From positions 8,804,001 to 8,868,000 of the forward strand of contig CATNEN010000002.1 in the NCBI GenBank assembly GCA_950097015.1: a stretch of 64,000 bases of DNA, written 5' to 3'. The notes below the pieces were generated by a model. It made no database searches and was not told where the DNA came from. It saw only the letters and a program-made list of their open reading frames with translations. Shown one piece after another: positions 1 to 14,984 of the stretch. Origin of the DNA: Macrostomum hystrix. Lineage: Eukaryota > Animalia > Platyhelminthes. Position numbers and translations under genes: made by a program. Positions within the stretch are counted from its first letter, which is position 1; every line of letters begins with the position of its first letter.

Positions 1-245
1 TCTCGTACATCATCAACGGCGATTCTGGTACATCATCAGCCACGATTCTGGTACATCATCAACGGCGATTCTGGTACATCATCAGCCACGATTCTAGTAC
101 ATCATCAGCCACGATTCTGGTACATCATCAGCTGCAATGCGGGTACATCATCTGCCACGATTCCTGTACATCATCAGCTGCAATGCTGGTACATCATCTG
201 CCACGATTCCTGTACATCATCAGCTGCAATGCTGGTACATCGTCA
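1..245. repeat. Minisatellite, about 23-nt unit (ggtacatcatcagccacgattct and variants); continues off the window start
   Basis: Tandem copies read directly. Confidence 0.9.
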
Positions 246-1074
246 ATAGCCATTGTGTAATGTCCAGGTGATCAAGTGGCTTCATTGCCACCGATTGGAG
301 CTCAATGCAAATTGCGACAAAGTTGTCATTTTTTGTTAATTTACAATCGCTCGGAAATTGCCGAATGGGATTTTTAGCGACTGTCAGACGGGCTGGCAGA
401 TGGTCAGCGCCTCCGCCAGCTCTTGAAGAATTAGTCAGAAATGCAATTAAGAATTCTCGGCACATTCTTAGGACATCAGTTGAAGCAGCTTTTTTGCAGT
501 GGCCACTTCATTTTTTTACTTCTTCGAATTTGAACGGCTGGCCTCGGACCGCAATCAGATTCGTGTCACAAGTGGCAACTGTCCGTTTTCTTGACTTCTT
601 TATAGTCAGTTTTTGATAGATGGCTCCCTGCTTTTGTTTGAGAGATTGTAGTTTTTTGGACCCGGAGGCTGGGACGCAGAACACAACTGAATGGAGGAAC
701 CCAGGCCTCATTAAAAGGCATTGAGAGATAAGCAGATTGTGTCACACTGCGGCTCTTGACTCCTGACTTTTTTATTGCTTAGAAAGAGATGCGCGCCGGG
801 CCTTCATCGACCATTTTAGATTCGGTCTTTGAGAGGCCTGCGTAAACAAATAGAGAAAGGAGACGCACGCCAATGGACCCGGTGTCGTAAATTTTGTTAT
901 TCGAAAAATTCATCTTCTTATGAATCGACTAAGGGCCTTCAATTATAAGGCTTGCCCGTGGTTTGTTGATTTTAAAGATTGCGGGAGTTTCGGCTGTGAT
1001 TTAAAAGATAAGAAAAAATTCTTTGCTTCGGGTGCTTCGGCTAGTGGTCATGATCTCAGATGGGCCTACCCAGG

Positions 1075-2585
1075 GGCCAGCTACGATACCAGTACATCCC
1101 CAGCTACGATACCAGTACATCCCCAGCTATACGATACCTGTACATACCTATACGATAGCTTTACGATACCTGTACATCCTCAGCTATATGATACCTGTAC
1201 ATCCTCAGCTATATGATACCTATAGATCCTCAGCTATATGATACCTGTACATCCTCAGCTATATGATACCTGTAGATCCTCAGCTATATGATACCTGTAC
1301 ATCCTCAGCTATATGATACCTGTACATCCTCAGCTATATGATACCTGTACATCCTCAGCTATATGATACCTGTACATCCTCAGCTATATGATACCTGTAG
1401 ATCCTCAGCTATACGATACCTGTACATCCTCAGCTATATGATACCTGTACATCCTCAGCTATATGATACCTGTACATCCTCAGCTATATGATACCTGTAC
1501 ATCCTCAGCTATATGATACCTGTACATCCTCAGCTATATGATACCTGTACATCCTCAGCTATATGATACCTGTAGATCCTCAGCTATACGATACCTGTAC
1601 ATCCTCAGCTATATGATACCTGTACATCCTCAGCTATATGATACCTGTACATCCTCAGCTATATGATACCTGTACATCCTCAGCTATATAATACCTGTAC
1701 ATCCTCAGCTATATGATACCTGTAGATCCTCAGCTATATGATACCTGTACATCCTCAGCTATATGATACCTGTACATCCTCAGCTATATGATACCTGTAC
1801 ATCCTCAGCTATATGATACCTGTACATCCTCAGCTATATGATACCTGTACATCCTCAGCTATATGATACCTGTAGATCCTCAGCTATATGATACCTGTAC
1901 ATCCTCAGCTATATGATACCTGTACATCCTCAGCTATATGATACCTGTACATCCTCAGCTATATGATACCTGTACATCCTCAGCTATATGATACCTGTAC
2001 ATCCTCAGCTATATGATACCTGTACATCCTCAGCTATATGATACCTGTACATCCTCAGCTATATGATACCTGTAGATCCTCAGCTATATGATACCTGTAC
2101 ATCCTCAGCTATATGATACCTGTACATCCTCAGCTATATGATACCTGTACATCCTCAGCTATATGATACCTGTACATCCTCAGCTATATGATACCTGTAC
2201 ATCCTCAGCTATATGATACCTGTAGATCCTCAGCTATATGATACCTGTACATCCTCAGCTATATGATACCTGTAGATCCTCAGCTATATGATACCTGTAC
2301 ATCCTCAGCTATATGATACCTGTACATCCTCAGCTATATGATACCTGTACATCCTCAGCTATATGATACCTGTAGATCCTCAGCTATATGATACCTGTAC
2401 ATCCTCAGCTATATGATACCTGTACATCCTAAGCTATATGATACCTGTAGATCCTCAGCTATATGATACCTGTAGATCCTCAGCTATATGATACCTGTAC
2501 ATCCTCAGCTATATGATACCTGTACATCCTCAGCTATATGATACCTGTACATCCTCAGCTATATGATACCTGTACGTCTTCAGCT
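1075..2585. repeat. Minisatellite, 25-nt unit tgtacatcctcagctatatgatacc, about 60 copies
   Basis: Near-perfect tandem copies with a c/g variant (tgtacat/tgtagat). Confidence 0.97.
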
Positions 2586-3289
2586 ACAACAAACTTTATA
2601 GTTTTGTGGTATTTTATATCTGGCGATGGTTTATGATTCGCTGCTTTTCTCATTTAAAATATTGGCAATTTTTCGGACTTGGGCTTTGGTGAAGCATGAG
2701 GTGAAAAACAACCTTAAGAGAGTATACAAGGTAGCCAGTCAGGGCGATGAGCAGAAATTACTTTTCAAACCGGAGGTGTCAAAGTCCTGGTTCGGGAAAG
2801 CTGCTATCCCGAATCTGGGCTGGTCTGAGACTCGGGTGTAGCTTAATTCTAAATTTTTTCAATCCATTTTTTTGCTTTCGGTTCCGCCATAGTTGTTTGG
2901 CCCAGTCCATCCTCAGACTTGAGTTATCGATCGCTGCGTTGGGCAAACTCCCCGCCATCTGGACTGGTGCTTGCAGATCCCCATCCATAAGACTGAGCAT
3001 GGGATATTTTTAATGAACTTCGAAAAACTTCTCCCATCAGCCTCGTGTTTGAAGTCTCGCTCACTGCCCCATCCCCGTCTCCTCTCTCCTTCTATACATC
3101 GCTTCTGTCTCACAATTTATCTAGATCTCGATTTTCCAAACATCTCTGTGTGTAATTTATTTATTCATTTCGTTTTGAAGCTTGCAAGCCTTCCTTGTCT
3201 ATTGAAATATTGACTTTTGCGCGCGCAGGTTCCAAGTTCAAAGCTAACCGGCCGACACTTGATGACTGCTGCAGTGCTGTGCGAGTAGT

Positions 3290-3930
3290 GAAGGGGTAGG
3301 TTTGAAGGTAGAGTGGTAGGTTTAAAGGTAGATGGGTAGGTTGAGTAGTTGATGGGTAGGTTGAGAGGCAGAGGTAGATTTAGAGATGGACGTTAAGAGA
3401 TAGATGGGTAAGGTCGAGAGGTAGATCAGTAGTTTGAGAGGTAGAGGGGTAGATTTGGAGATTGACGTGTAGCTTGAGAGTTAGACGTTGAGAGATAGAT
3501 GGGTAGGTTGAGTGGTAGATAGGTAGGTTGAGTGGTAGATAGGTAGGTTGAGAGGTAGATAGGTAGGTTGAGAGGTAGATAGGTAGGTTGAGAGGTAGAT
3601 TGGTAGGTTGAGTGGTAGATTGGTAGGTTGAGAGGTAGATAGGTAGGTTGAGAGGTAGATTGGTAGATTGAGTGGTAGATAGGTAGGTTGAGAGGTAGAT
3701 AGGTAGGTTGAGAGGTAGATAGGTAGGTTGAGAGGTAGATTGGTAGGTTGAGTGGTAGATTGGTAGGTTGAGAGGTAGATAGGTAGGTTGAGAGGTAGAT
3801 TGGTAGATTGAGTGGTAGATAGGTAGGTTGAGAGGTAGATAGGTAGGTTGAGAGGTAGATAGGTAGGTTGAGAGGTAGATAGGTAGGTTGAGAGGTAGAT
3901 AGGTAGGTTGAGAGGTTGAGAGTTTGGTTG
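3290..3930. repeat. Minisatellite, 20-nt unit aggtaggttgagaggtagat; degenerate at the edges
   Basis: Tandem copies; accounts for the repetitive ORF 3380-3958. Confidence 0.95.
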
Positions 3931-4696
3931 AGAGTTTAAGTGCTTGATCAGGAAGCATTAAACATAAATAAGTAAGAAATGAAAGCCAATTTCATGAGTT
4001 TTCAATGAATCGCTATCTGATAAATAGCGGTTCCCTCTGTTATGTTTTTATGAGTTGCCTGGCCCACTAGCTTGGGGGGGGCTTTACTTGCAATTTCATT
4101 TCCTTCCCCAAAGCTTTTAATTTACGAGTCGCACCTGACCCAGCCAAGTTCTGTGCGCGGGTCGGGTTGCAAAGTTGTGGCTCATAATTATGATAAGTTT
4201 TTATCCTCATTTTTCACTGGGACACCTGGCCCTTGTGGCCATGTGGTCCAATTAAGTGATGACCAGCGAATGGACATTGTGGCATTGAGGACCAATGCCC
4301 GGGCCTAAAACACTATTTGTTCTCGTGTTGTTGCAACAAGAACCCCCCTTGTCTATCTCTGACTCTGTCTCCCACCCTCCATGGCCTTCGTAGCCCAACC
4401 AACCCCAAGGCCAGGCCGACCAATGGCGGCGCGACCTGATTCACAGCTGTGACCCCAGAGCCAGCCAGTCCCAGTGGGTGTGTACGCTCGCGCTCTTCGG
4501 TCCATAATAATAATAATCATATCTCGGCCAGCCCCGAGGCTCAGCCAGAGCGCTCTCCACGGCCATCTCAGCGCACTCAAGCAGACGCCGTCTCTGAGAC
4601 CCGCAGCTTCTTGAAAGAAAACTTGGGCCAGGTGTCTACTACGGTGCTTTACACGAGACACACGTCAGACATCAGGCAGGAGGCAGCACCAGCAGC

Positions 4697-4895
4697 ATGG
4701 ACTCAGCGCTCGGAGGTATCAGCGGAGGTGGGACTACCGCGGCAGCAGCGGCGACGGCTGCGGCAGACCTGTACCATCACCAGCAACACGCCTTGGCTCT
4801 GGGCGGAGCTGGCACCATCATCAGCGGTGGCCACCACCAGCACTACCCGGCAGTTTCCATGGCCGGAGGTCCGCTTGGTCTGTTCAATTTCAGCG
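4697..4895 (+). CDS. C2H2 zinc-finger protein, putative coding exon 1 (MDSALGG...GLFNFS)
   Basis: GC-rich Ala/Gly/His ORF ending at G|GTGAGT (phase 1); G plus the AT that opens the exon at 21630 gives in-frame GAT (Asp). Confidence 0.7.
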
Positions 4896-7800
4896 GTGAG
4901 TTCAATGACCTCTTTGAGTTCTTACTTTAGTCGTTCGCTCGTACGAGAGTTGAGCCTGCGCTTATAAATTTAAGTAAGAAATATTGAAAATTTCATCTAA
5001 GCTTAGAAAAAAGTTGAATCTGCAATTTTCCCAGTCTGAAACTTGGAAAAGTTTCAGCTGCTGCCGAACGGGTCGATGGGACACTGGGGTCGCGGGTTGT
5101 TGTTAAGACACTGTAAAAAATATTTTTTATAACATTTCGAGTTTTGAGCACTCGATGAAATTTTCTCGAAATAGACCGCGAGGCGTTAAGGCTGGAAAGG
5201 GAGACAAGGAGATTGAGAAAGTTTAACACACGAAAATGGTGGCGCTGGGCTGCTGCGGAAGGCGGGGGCGACGGCAGGGGCTCTTTGGAAACACCAGCAG
5301 CAGCCGCCGCTACCGCCTGGGGCGTGATTGATGAAGTTATACGAGCGGCCTGAGCTGGGGACGCGAAAGGGACCCGAGGGCGAGTGTTCGAAAGAGCCAT
5401 GCACGGCCGCACCAGTCTGCGATAATCCCCCCACTTCCCACTTCCCTGCCCCAGCGCCTGTTTTAACAGAGGAGCTCAGACGGCAAGTTGGGAACGCATG
5501 AGGCGAGCAGGGAGGAGCAGCAGACAGGACTCGCCGCGGTGACGGGTGGGCAGGGGGTGCGCGGGGAAAAGCAGGTAAGTCTTAAAGAAGGGGGAGAAAA
5601 ATTTAATTATTCCAACTGTCAGCTCGTCTTAGTCCTGTGCCGCATCCCCCCGCTCACGGCCTGTCGCACCTGGTTGTGAATTTTTTGGGAAATTTAAAAA
5701 TCTTCCCCATATCTTCGAACCTCTTGCCTTGGCGCTCCCCTGTCCCCCTTGATGTCTCTCTTTTCTTGGCAATTTTTTTCGTAGCTGAGTTCACACATGA
5801 CTTTGTCGTGTATCTGCCCCAAACCGAACAAACTGCCAGAGCTGAGTCAGGAGCAGTTTATAACCTTTAAGATATCTTTGGGAATCTTGACAATTCAAAG
5901 CCCCAGAAAACGTTTGAAGCGATCCTTATCGCCAGGTTTTGGTCCTGAACTCGTGCCGCTGTGGAGCTGGCGCTAGATGCAAATAAGCACCCCAGGGCAC
6001 AATGTATTATTAAAGAGCGAGTTTGTGTATAGCTGACTTTGTGGCTGGGGTTGATGGCTGGGGTAAGGGTGTGTTTTTGTTTCGCTCAGGTTTCTGTTGA
6101 AAGAATTCTTTTTGAGAATATAAGAAACTGTGATTTATACGTTGCTATAATTATAATGTTGCAAAAACAAAGAGCTTTGAGGAAGTAGAGGGTGATTACA
6201 TTCAAACCCGACCCGGGCTGTGAGTGATGGGCTGGAGTGAAACCAAATCACAATTTCACCCTCGCGGGTGTGTGGGTTTTTTGCCGTTTTTAAATTTCAT
6301 ATTCTCGCGCCAGTGTATTTGGGTGAGGAAATATTTCGACAGGGCCCACCAGTCTATCGGGGGTTCAGGGGGCCAAATAAAAATTCATTTCAAAGCCGTC
6401 CAACTTCTCAGACTCGCCAGCTGCCCCAGTAGACCTGATTTCGGAGTCAAGAAAATCAATTTTAGGAACAAAAAACACACAAGCACACGGAGGCTTCCTG
6501 CCACAAAAAAATAAATCATTTTGCCATATAAGCAATGACCAGGCTTACTTCTTGCTATCGTTCTCACTTTACTCACTGGGGCGATCCAAGCGAGTTCGTG
6601 TTGTTATTAATCTGCTTCTGGCCGAGTCCACCTCGCCCTCAAAGCCCAAGCGCTTTCGTGGGTTTTTTAATTTTAATCTTTTTTGCATTTTTCTAATTGT
6701 GAAATTCACACGAGCCATTTCAGCATTATTAAACAGTGACAGAGAGGGGTGGTCTGGCCTGCAACGAAATGCCACATGTCTGAACCAGCCCTGCCAGCTG
6801 AAATATTTCTTAAGAGGTGAGAGAGAACTAAGATGCTTGGCATCTTAAAAGGCCGCCCTGCCCAGCCCTCCCTGAGCAGGAAAGTGTGGTGCCCGACTCG
6901 AAACCAAAAAAGAGAGAAGAGTGGGGCTTGCCTTTTCGTTAGATAATTCAATTTGTTAAAATTCAGTCTGGCCTTTCATAAATCTTGATCACGGACTCAA
7001 CTATGGGCTGGAGGGGGTGGTGCTGCTGGCCACAATGCGTGCCCAAAAGGGAAGGAAGTGAAAGGAGGAGCTAGGCTGGGGCGGAATTTTGAATTTAATG
7101 AACTGGCCCGCATGCACCAACTGGCAGGAGGTCTGTTATTAGCTGAGCAAGTTCGACCGAGCCATCGTCAGCCACCTCCGGGATGTGCTGGGATGGCTCT
7201 TTTACCGCGTGCAGGCGAGCGGACTGGCAGATCTTTTTTTAAGAAAAGATGGATTTTTACAGGAAATGGACCTGCCGATGAACGAAGGTGGTATTCGAAA
7301 CTGAAATAAATACGGGTGGCTCGCCATCCTCACCAATTCACCTGGGTGGATCATTTCAAATGAGTGAATTGTATTTTAGGATTAGCTTATCCCCTACTTC
7401 ATCCGAATCTTAATTATAGGAAATTTCCGGATTGTGACTATAAGCAAGTCTTGAAATAAAATATCCTCTTTTTCTCACCCTTTATGAAGTGGGAATTTTC
7501 TACCTGCTTCAAAATCCCCAAGAGGACGGCACGGAATGCCGTTGGGGGGTGTTGAGCGCTCGTCCGACTCCAGCTATGCTACATTGAGCATAGATTATGG
7601 ATACCCAGCGGCTTTGGCGAGCGAGCAGTTTGAATTCAAAGCAAAAAAAAGTTGGCTGCGGCAGCATCTGCCTGGACCTGTTCAGGCCCTTCTTTCAGTC
7701 GGCGTGAAAGCGCTGGAATTAGCCTCATCCCAGCGCTCATCATGAGCAGCCCAGTCTTGTCTTAACCAACCCCCCAGCCGAGTTTGCGCCTCGAAGCGTG

Positions 7801-10800
7801 TTCCTTTGACAAAAAAATATTTTGCCAGTTTCGTTTTCACTCGAATGAAGGCGTGAGTCCCCCTTTTGCGACCATTTATACAGAAAATCTGGGTGTGCTC
7901 ACGACCCCCCTGGTCGGGTTATAATTAAGACACGCAGTCTGCTCAGCTTTCAAACAATTCAACTGAATAAATTGTCACCGCGACTAACAACAATGACGCT
8001 GTGTTCCTGTTTTAATCCCCTCATTAATTTAGGGAGGCCTGAGTATTAGGAGTTCAGATGAGACACGGGATAGAGGCGTCGAGGGAAAGGGAAGACAAGG
8101 CGGGAAGAAAAAACTCGAGAACTATGGGACTGTGAATAAGTTTTTCGCGTGCCCGTGCATGTATTATACTTTTTGTCTGTTTTGAGCACAAACTCAAACT
8201 CTGCTGTCCCCCGGTGTGGATAGCGATGGGGTGGCGGAACGATTTAATTGGGTAAGTCGACACGGTTCAGGCCTCAGTTATACGGAAATGTAGACCCGAA
8301 GCCTCTTAAAACTGATTCTCAACACGGCGAGTTTTCACCGCACCGCCTCCGCATAGGTCGATAGACTGGGATATTATCCCATCAGTTTTGACTTCCACAC
8401 AAAACTAACTGCGCGGAGCCACACAGCACGGTCGCAGTTTTTGGTAGGCCTGTAGGGCGAGCTGTCTCACCAAAAACCGATTCGCTCCGGGTTGAATTTG
8501 TGGCATTTTCAAAGAACCACCGCAATCTGGATCAGAGAGAGACCAGTTATTATTGCCAAACAATATTTATAAGCCGACCTGTCTGTGGGTTCGGAGTGCA
8601 TTATATTTTCCAAATTCTGAATTCTCTCTGTGCCGAGTAAACACTGCGGGCGAACCCGGCCACCTTTACATTTGATTGAGTCGGGACCAACCCCAAAAAT
8701 ACTGACTTATAATTTATTTCAACAACACTTGCAAGTTGCAATCAAAAGGCATAAAAACTTCCTAAATGGGAGAAGAGAGCCACATTCGAGGGACTGTGTA
8801 AGCTTTCGGTCTGTGTAAGCTGATCTGTGCCAAGCTGAGCTGAGCTTCAATTTAATCACTTTCTAAAGGGACCCCTCACACTGCTTGCCATGCGGCTCTG
8901 CGGTGGTGCAATGCGCGCCCACCCCGAGCCCCAAAAAGCATTTTAACACAAATCATTTGCATATTTTAGGGGAAGCCGGCAAATGTTTCCGGGGCGACTG
9001 GTTCGAGAGTTCTAAAGTCGCAGCCAATATTCGGTCTACCTTATTTAGTTTCGGTGTGAAATTCGATAAGCATCGTTCGAATTCATTCGCTCCTTCCCCT
9101 CTTTTTCACGTCGAGGCTGGAGAGTTTTGCTTTGGACTTGGACAAGGCAATCCGGTTGAACAAGTGTAGAAGAGGTTCGCGCTACTTCCCTTTTTCTATC
9201 TGTTTTCCCAAACAGTGTATAGGATTGCACCGCCTCAGTTAAATTGCAGTTTTAAAAAAAACTTGTCTATCCCAAATCTAAAATCCCTAGTTTACAATTA
9301 GGCTGCCAGATCCCGAGTTTCTGACGCAGCGATTCCGAAAGCAAGAGGTTTATCAGCTGGGGGTCCGATGGTTTCTGACCTCCCATTGCCCCATTCTTCC
9401 CCTCCTGTTAGGAAGCGGCGCTGGATAACAGCGGCGGTGGATAGCAGTTTCAGATAGCGCGAAAAGGCTTTGCGTGGGAAGTAAGGCTGACTTGGAATCC
9501 GACGCCTTTGGTCCTTCGGCTTGAAGACTAGACTGGGCAGGGCTGTCATGTTGTGTGTTTTGTGCATCGTAAAAAGTCCTTTCCCACTTCGAGGCGTTCA
9601 GCCCGAACACTATATAGGAGGAGGGAGCTGGGGGGATAAGGAACATACCCCCTCCAGCCGCGAAATCCAAACACAAAGTTTGAAGTGAAGTTGAAGTCGA
9701 TGGTATCAGCCGCGACTCCTCACTCGCTCGCTCCTTTAAACTCATAACAAGGTTAAATTCAAACCAGCCCAGTTTAGAGCTTTGGTTTTGGTTAAAACTG
9801 GAGGGGGTTGGTGATTGAATCAAATCCTTTTGGGGGAGGGTTAATGGGGTGGTGGGTGGTGGGGGCCAAGAAAGCCCCTTTGATCGGTCTGTGTGTGTTG
9901 TGTGTGTGAGTCACGAGAAAGTTTCACAGACCAAAGGCTCAGTCCCCCACCCCAGCCAAGCCTTCAGCGCCACCACCTCAGGCTTCAAAACTCGGGACCC
10001 ACTCTCGGCCGCAGCACCCCTCCAGGCTCTGTGCAGGAATTAAGCTCTGATTTCACTCAAAAGCGAGAAATTTAAACCTGCAAAACCGATTAGACAGGCG
10101 AGTGTATAGGCTAGGGGATGCGCCCTGTGCGCTGGTGGGACGCCTTCCCTCACCAGAAAGGCAAGGTATGAAAATTTAAATGAAGCCCCACCCCTCAGCC
10201 GGAGTGTCTTATGCCCTGCGAGCCTCCGGGCTGACACTTGAAACTCAATCTGACCCTCCCGTGCTCTAGCTAGCTCGCCTTAGCTCACGCCACCTCAAAA
10301 ACTGACGAATGCTTTGGAGCTGCGGGCTCGGGATTGTGGGGAGGGTCGACCTACATGTGAATTAAGTTTGAAAATTCAATTCAAGCTGCGACCTCGACAA
10401 GAAAAAAGTTTCTCTTGCAAAAACGCCAGCCCTGCCCGCTCTCGAAGTTATTTTTTTGGCCAAGTCCTGCGCACGTCGAGTTTGTTTGAGCGTCTGGAAT
10501 GTCTTTCAAACTCTGTTAAACAATTTTAAGACAAATATTTGCACTCGGCTGAAACTGCGAAGAACCAGAATAGTAAGTTTAAACAACACGGCTGCTTTTT
10601 GTCTCTCTTTCATTGGGAGGGGCGGACCGCTTATCACTCTGCGTATTGGGATTAAAAAAGATGCAATTCAACTCTCACTGGGAGCGAGTGCTCCGACCCA
10701 TGACCAATAAGCGGACAGAACTGAATTCCCCATGCTGCAATTCTGGTTCTCGCGCTTGAACTGCTTTTTTGTTGTTGAAAACTTACTTTTAATATAATTA

Positions 10801-13800
10801 GTTTATTCCTTCAGCAATTTCTGCTGTTCGGTTCGCATATTCTCGATCGGACTTGGGAGGTCTCTTTCGCGGTTTTGTCACAGTTATTGTCATGGTTACT
10901 CCGAAATATTTAAGGATTTTGTGTGCGCAAAATAAGACAGAGAGCCGCTCTCTTCAGTTCTTTTTTCATTTTTTCATAAATCTACAGCTTTTGTTAGAAC
11001 TGCTGACAGAGTTTCACAAGAGAGTGAGAGCTTGCAAAAGCCCTGTGGGTTTTTTATTTCATACGGTTTAAATTGTGGGCCCATTGCAGAGATGTGAAGT
11101 GGAGGAAAATGTTTTTTTTACCTGAGCCAGGTAGGCAGGCTTTGTGACGGAGTGTTGTCCTGCACTGGTCGCTGGTTTAATTAGTGTCGACACGGTTGCT
11201 AAAAGCGAATGATGATTGTCCGGAGCGGGTGAAATAGCCTGCCTCTCAGGTACCAGCTTTTCATTTTGTCAGTGCCTTTTTAGATAGAATTGTAATTGAC
11301 AATAATAACAATCTGAGGATTGGTTTTTTCGGTCCGGGTTGCGCAGCAATCGCAGTTTCAGGGCCAGATCATCGCTTCCCAAATCCTCCAGGGCTTAGTT
11401 ATGAAAGGCCAGCCCAGCGGACTCAGGACTCGTGGGCATGTCAGGCTAGTTAATTCCATTAAAGGCATTTTTGATGGCAAGTTGGTGTTGATGGCAGCGC
11501 CCAAGCTGCAGACTTTCCAAATTAAATTAGAATGAAGTTTGCCGGCTTGCCGCTCTCTCTTAACAGGCCCTTGAGCACAGCGCTCAGTCTGAGCTTCAGC
11601 GTGCGCATGCCTGAGTCGTGGCCTGTGGCGGCACTTTGGGCTCGAATCCTATAATCTGCTCCCACGTCCTGGACCGCACCTCTTTTGAAATTGCCTGACC
11701 ACCCCACCTCCCTACTGTGTCCCTTCTGCCCCGGCGACCCTCAAATTTGCCCATTGTCTCCGTCAGACTGAGAGGCTGGCCGCAATCCCGCATGGTTGCA
11801 GATGAGGCACCGGAATGCTAGGCTGCTCATCGAATGTAAAGTGATTAATGGCAAATTTAGAAAATGGGCAGCCGTGGCGCCCCTGCTATCGCAGGAGTTG
11901 AGGAATTTCTGATTATTTTTCCCACTCCCACTCGCAAGCTTTCAAATCAAAAAAGTTAATCCCACCGACCCATGGCCAGTCATTGGTGCTCTCAAGTGTC
12001 GTGAAAAGCTTTTTGTGTCTCCGTCCTCTCGATCTGGTGCGCCAGTTTTTTTATAGAATGGGTCGGAAGCGCCGGTTCCCTGAAATAATATTCATAAATG
12101 AGTTTTATTCTCAGGCTGAGTTCAGTTTTAGCTTAGCTTGAGTGCAATCGCTGCGTCTGATTTGGAGTTTTAAAATCTCTCTCAATTAGACTGCAGTTTG
12201 CACCTGCGAATTTTAGTTTGTGGGGCCTTCATCAGCACCTGACTGCTTGCAGTGTTTGAGCAGGCCTTCGGGTGAGTACGTGTGAGTCACCAGAGTCGAA
12301 TTAGCCAGATAAGTCAGATGGCTGAAGATGCTGCAACGTGGCTGGCAAAAGGCAGGGATTCATCTTCAATGAGCCGATGCTGTCCAGTTTACTGTAATTA
12401 ATGGCCTGAAGCACTTTTCTTGCTAAATATTTCATTACTGTTTTAAGCAATGCGAGCTGTCTGTTATTCCGAATGCTTCACTGGCTGCATAATTAATGCC
12501 CTCCGCTGCTGTTGCTGCCGCTGTCTCCGTGAGTTCTTTTGAGCGCTGGCATGGCATTCGATGCTTGGCCGGCAATGGAGATGGTCTCAGCGTGAAAATT
12601 CCCCCTTTAATATTCCCCTTTTAGATCCCCTCGTCACCATCCCCCGGGCGTCGCGTTCGTGTTTGGCGGCGCGGGCAGAATTCTTTGAAACAAGAAAATC
12701 AATAAAATACGTGTGGGGCGCGGCAGGAGGAATGGATGACGGGCAGTGGTCGAAAAAATAAGTTCGCCCCGGCACCCCGTCCTGTGAGGTGTGCGGGCCT
12801 GTGTCGTTGTCTGCATTGAGCTATAGGATCGGTTCTGTGGTGGGAGCCGAGTAGGCCAGGCAGGGCAAACAAGCCTTTCCATAGGCGTCCTTCGTGTTCA
12901 CAAAAAAATTTAATCAAATTTTTGCCCACCCCTCTCAGTCCCCTCGCCCGTCTCCCCTCGTCTCGCCCGTCTCGCCTCTTTCGCTGCTGGTCGAAAAATT
13001 CTTTTTTTCCCACCCTCCTCTTATATATTTTTTAAAACTATGAACCAACGGCCCGCCATGTTTTAATGGCCGGTTTTGGGCTGCTGGAGTGAAAGCGATG
13101 GCGAGGCTGGGCTGGGCTGATGGGGGAGAGAGGCCAGAGTGGCGGGTTGGTTAGTTTGAGCGAGTTTTCAGGTCTCGAGTTTGCCAGGGATTATCTCAGA
13201 GAAGTTTGAAATTTTTCTCTTTATCCAGCAAACCGGAGGGCGGCCTCGGAGCGGAGAGGAGAGGCCACGGGAGAGCGGCCTTAGTCAGCTGATTGCTAAA
13301 CCAAATTTCATTTATCAAATTGAAGCTATTGATTGAATTTGAGTTCGATGACAAAAATCGGCTGCTTCGTTTTCGAAGTTGAAGTTTGTCTGAAGTTTTT
13401 CCAACTGGCAGCGACTCTGTAATAAAAAACTAAGGAAAACTTTTCTCCTTGATTTTTCTTCTCAAGAAGTGCGGCGTGTTCTCGCATAAGTGCTTCCGGA
13501 ACCGCTCCTCATCATTGTTTAGCCTTTCTGATGAAATGGAAAAGCAACATTATTAATAGATATAGATTACGAATATGTATGCGATTCATGAAGTGCACAA
13601 TCTAGGACTGTGTGAGTTCATGAATTTGTCAGGTGACTATCTGAGTATGGTAGAAACTACGCTCGTATATTTGAGTACAAATATGAAGTGCTACAGACTG
13701 AGACAAAAATTGCGGTGTTGAGTCATTCAATAAGCCTTTATATTAGTTGGCTATCAGGCTGTATGTGACTGGACTAGCCTATAGTATTCTATTTTTAAGA

Positions 13801-14984
13801 TATACGAGCTCGTAGTATTTATAAAAATGGTATCTTTTAAGAGACAATTCATTCCGTGCAAAACAGACTAGCTGAGCATGGTTCCTTTTCTCTCCCCTCT
13901 CGGAAGCTGCGTGAAGACTGCCCCCTCTGTCTGTCTCTCTGTCTGTCTCTCTTTTAAAAGAAAATAAAACTTGCTGAAGCCTGAAAAATCAAATGTCAAT
14001 AAATGAGCGGCAGCAGCAGCAGCAGCAGCAGCAGCAGTATATATTAGTTTTAAAAAACTCCGATAAGGCCCTATAGCTCTGCAAATTATATTTCATAAAA
14101 AGGTTTTGAAATAGTTGAAGAAAAGCTTTTTTAGTTTAACTGCGTCTTAGCACAACTAACCCGCACCTGAATCCGCCCAATGAGTTCGGTTTCCGAATCT
14201 GTTTCCGAAGGTGAGCACACCACTGTTGTTGATTTAATATTAATAAACTATTTATTTCCTTCAAGTACAGTGCTGTTTAAGAAGCAGCAGGGCATGAGAA
14301 CAGGAACACCCCAGGGATTTTGAGGGGTGGGTGCAGTGAAATTTATTCTCACAGCTTCAATTAAATGGAAAGCAAGTTTATTTTTAAGAGGCTCAACTGA
14401 AGTGACGCGCTGCGTTTTTTCTAGATTTATAACAAAAAAGCTCAAAGCAATTGCCAGCAATGTAAGCGCTGCTTTCCTAGCACAGCCCTGCAACCCCGGC
14501 TTTTTAAAGCTATGAGAATTTTTAAGAGGTCCAAAAGCGGCCCTCAAAACTCTCATCTTGTCAAAAAGTAGTATTTTTCTCCTAGATGTTTTGTTAGCTT
14601 TGCAGCAATTTACGATGGTCGTCAACACCCCCTGTGGCAGCAGGGGCAGAGCTCACAGACTCCCTGCAGACTCATCTGAGACAGTTTGCCAAATTCATCG
14701 TTCATACTATTGCTATTTAGTCTGCTGGGCTGAGTTTGAAACGCAATGAGCTCAGTAATTTTCTATTCTCTCAGCTTTTCTTTTCAATTTAATTTTTCCT
14801 TTTTTTTCAACTAGAAATGAATGTTGACACTGCGCTTACAAACTTGTTTGTTGCTCTGCATGGCTGAGACAGAAGCTTGAAAGAACTCATAATGACTAAT
14901 GGCGACCAAGAGCTAAGGCCACAGCTGAGAAACACTTTTTTCCCTGCACAGACTTGGTTTGCAGACAACGCCCATCAGATCTAC

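Noticed and set aside
3380-3958. 192-aa ORF
   Set aside because: Translation of the 20-nt minisatellite
8256-11197. 12-mer gtcgacacggtt present twice (8256, 11186) after TTTAATT
   Set aside because: A few repeated 12-mers are expected by chance in about 17 kb
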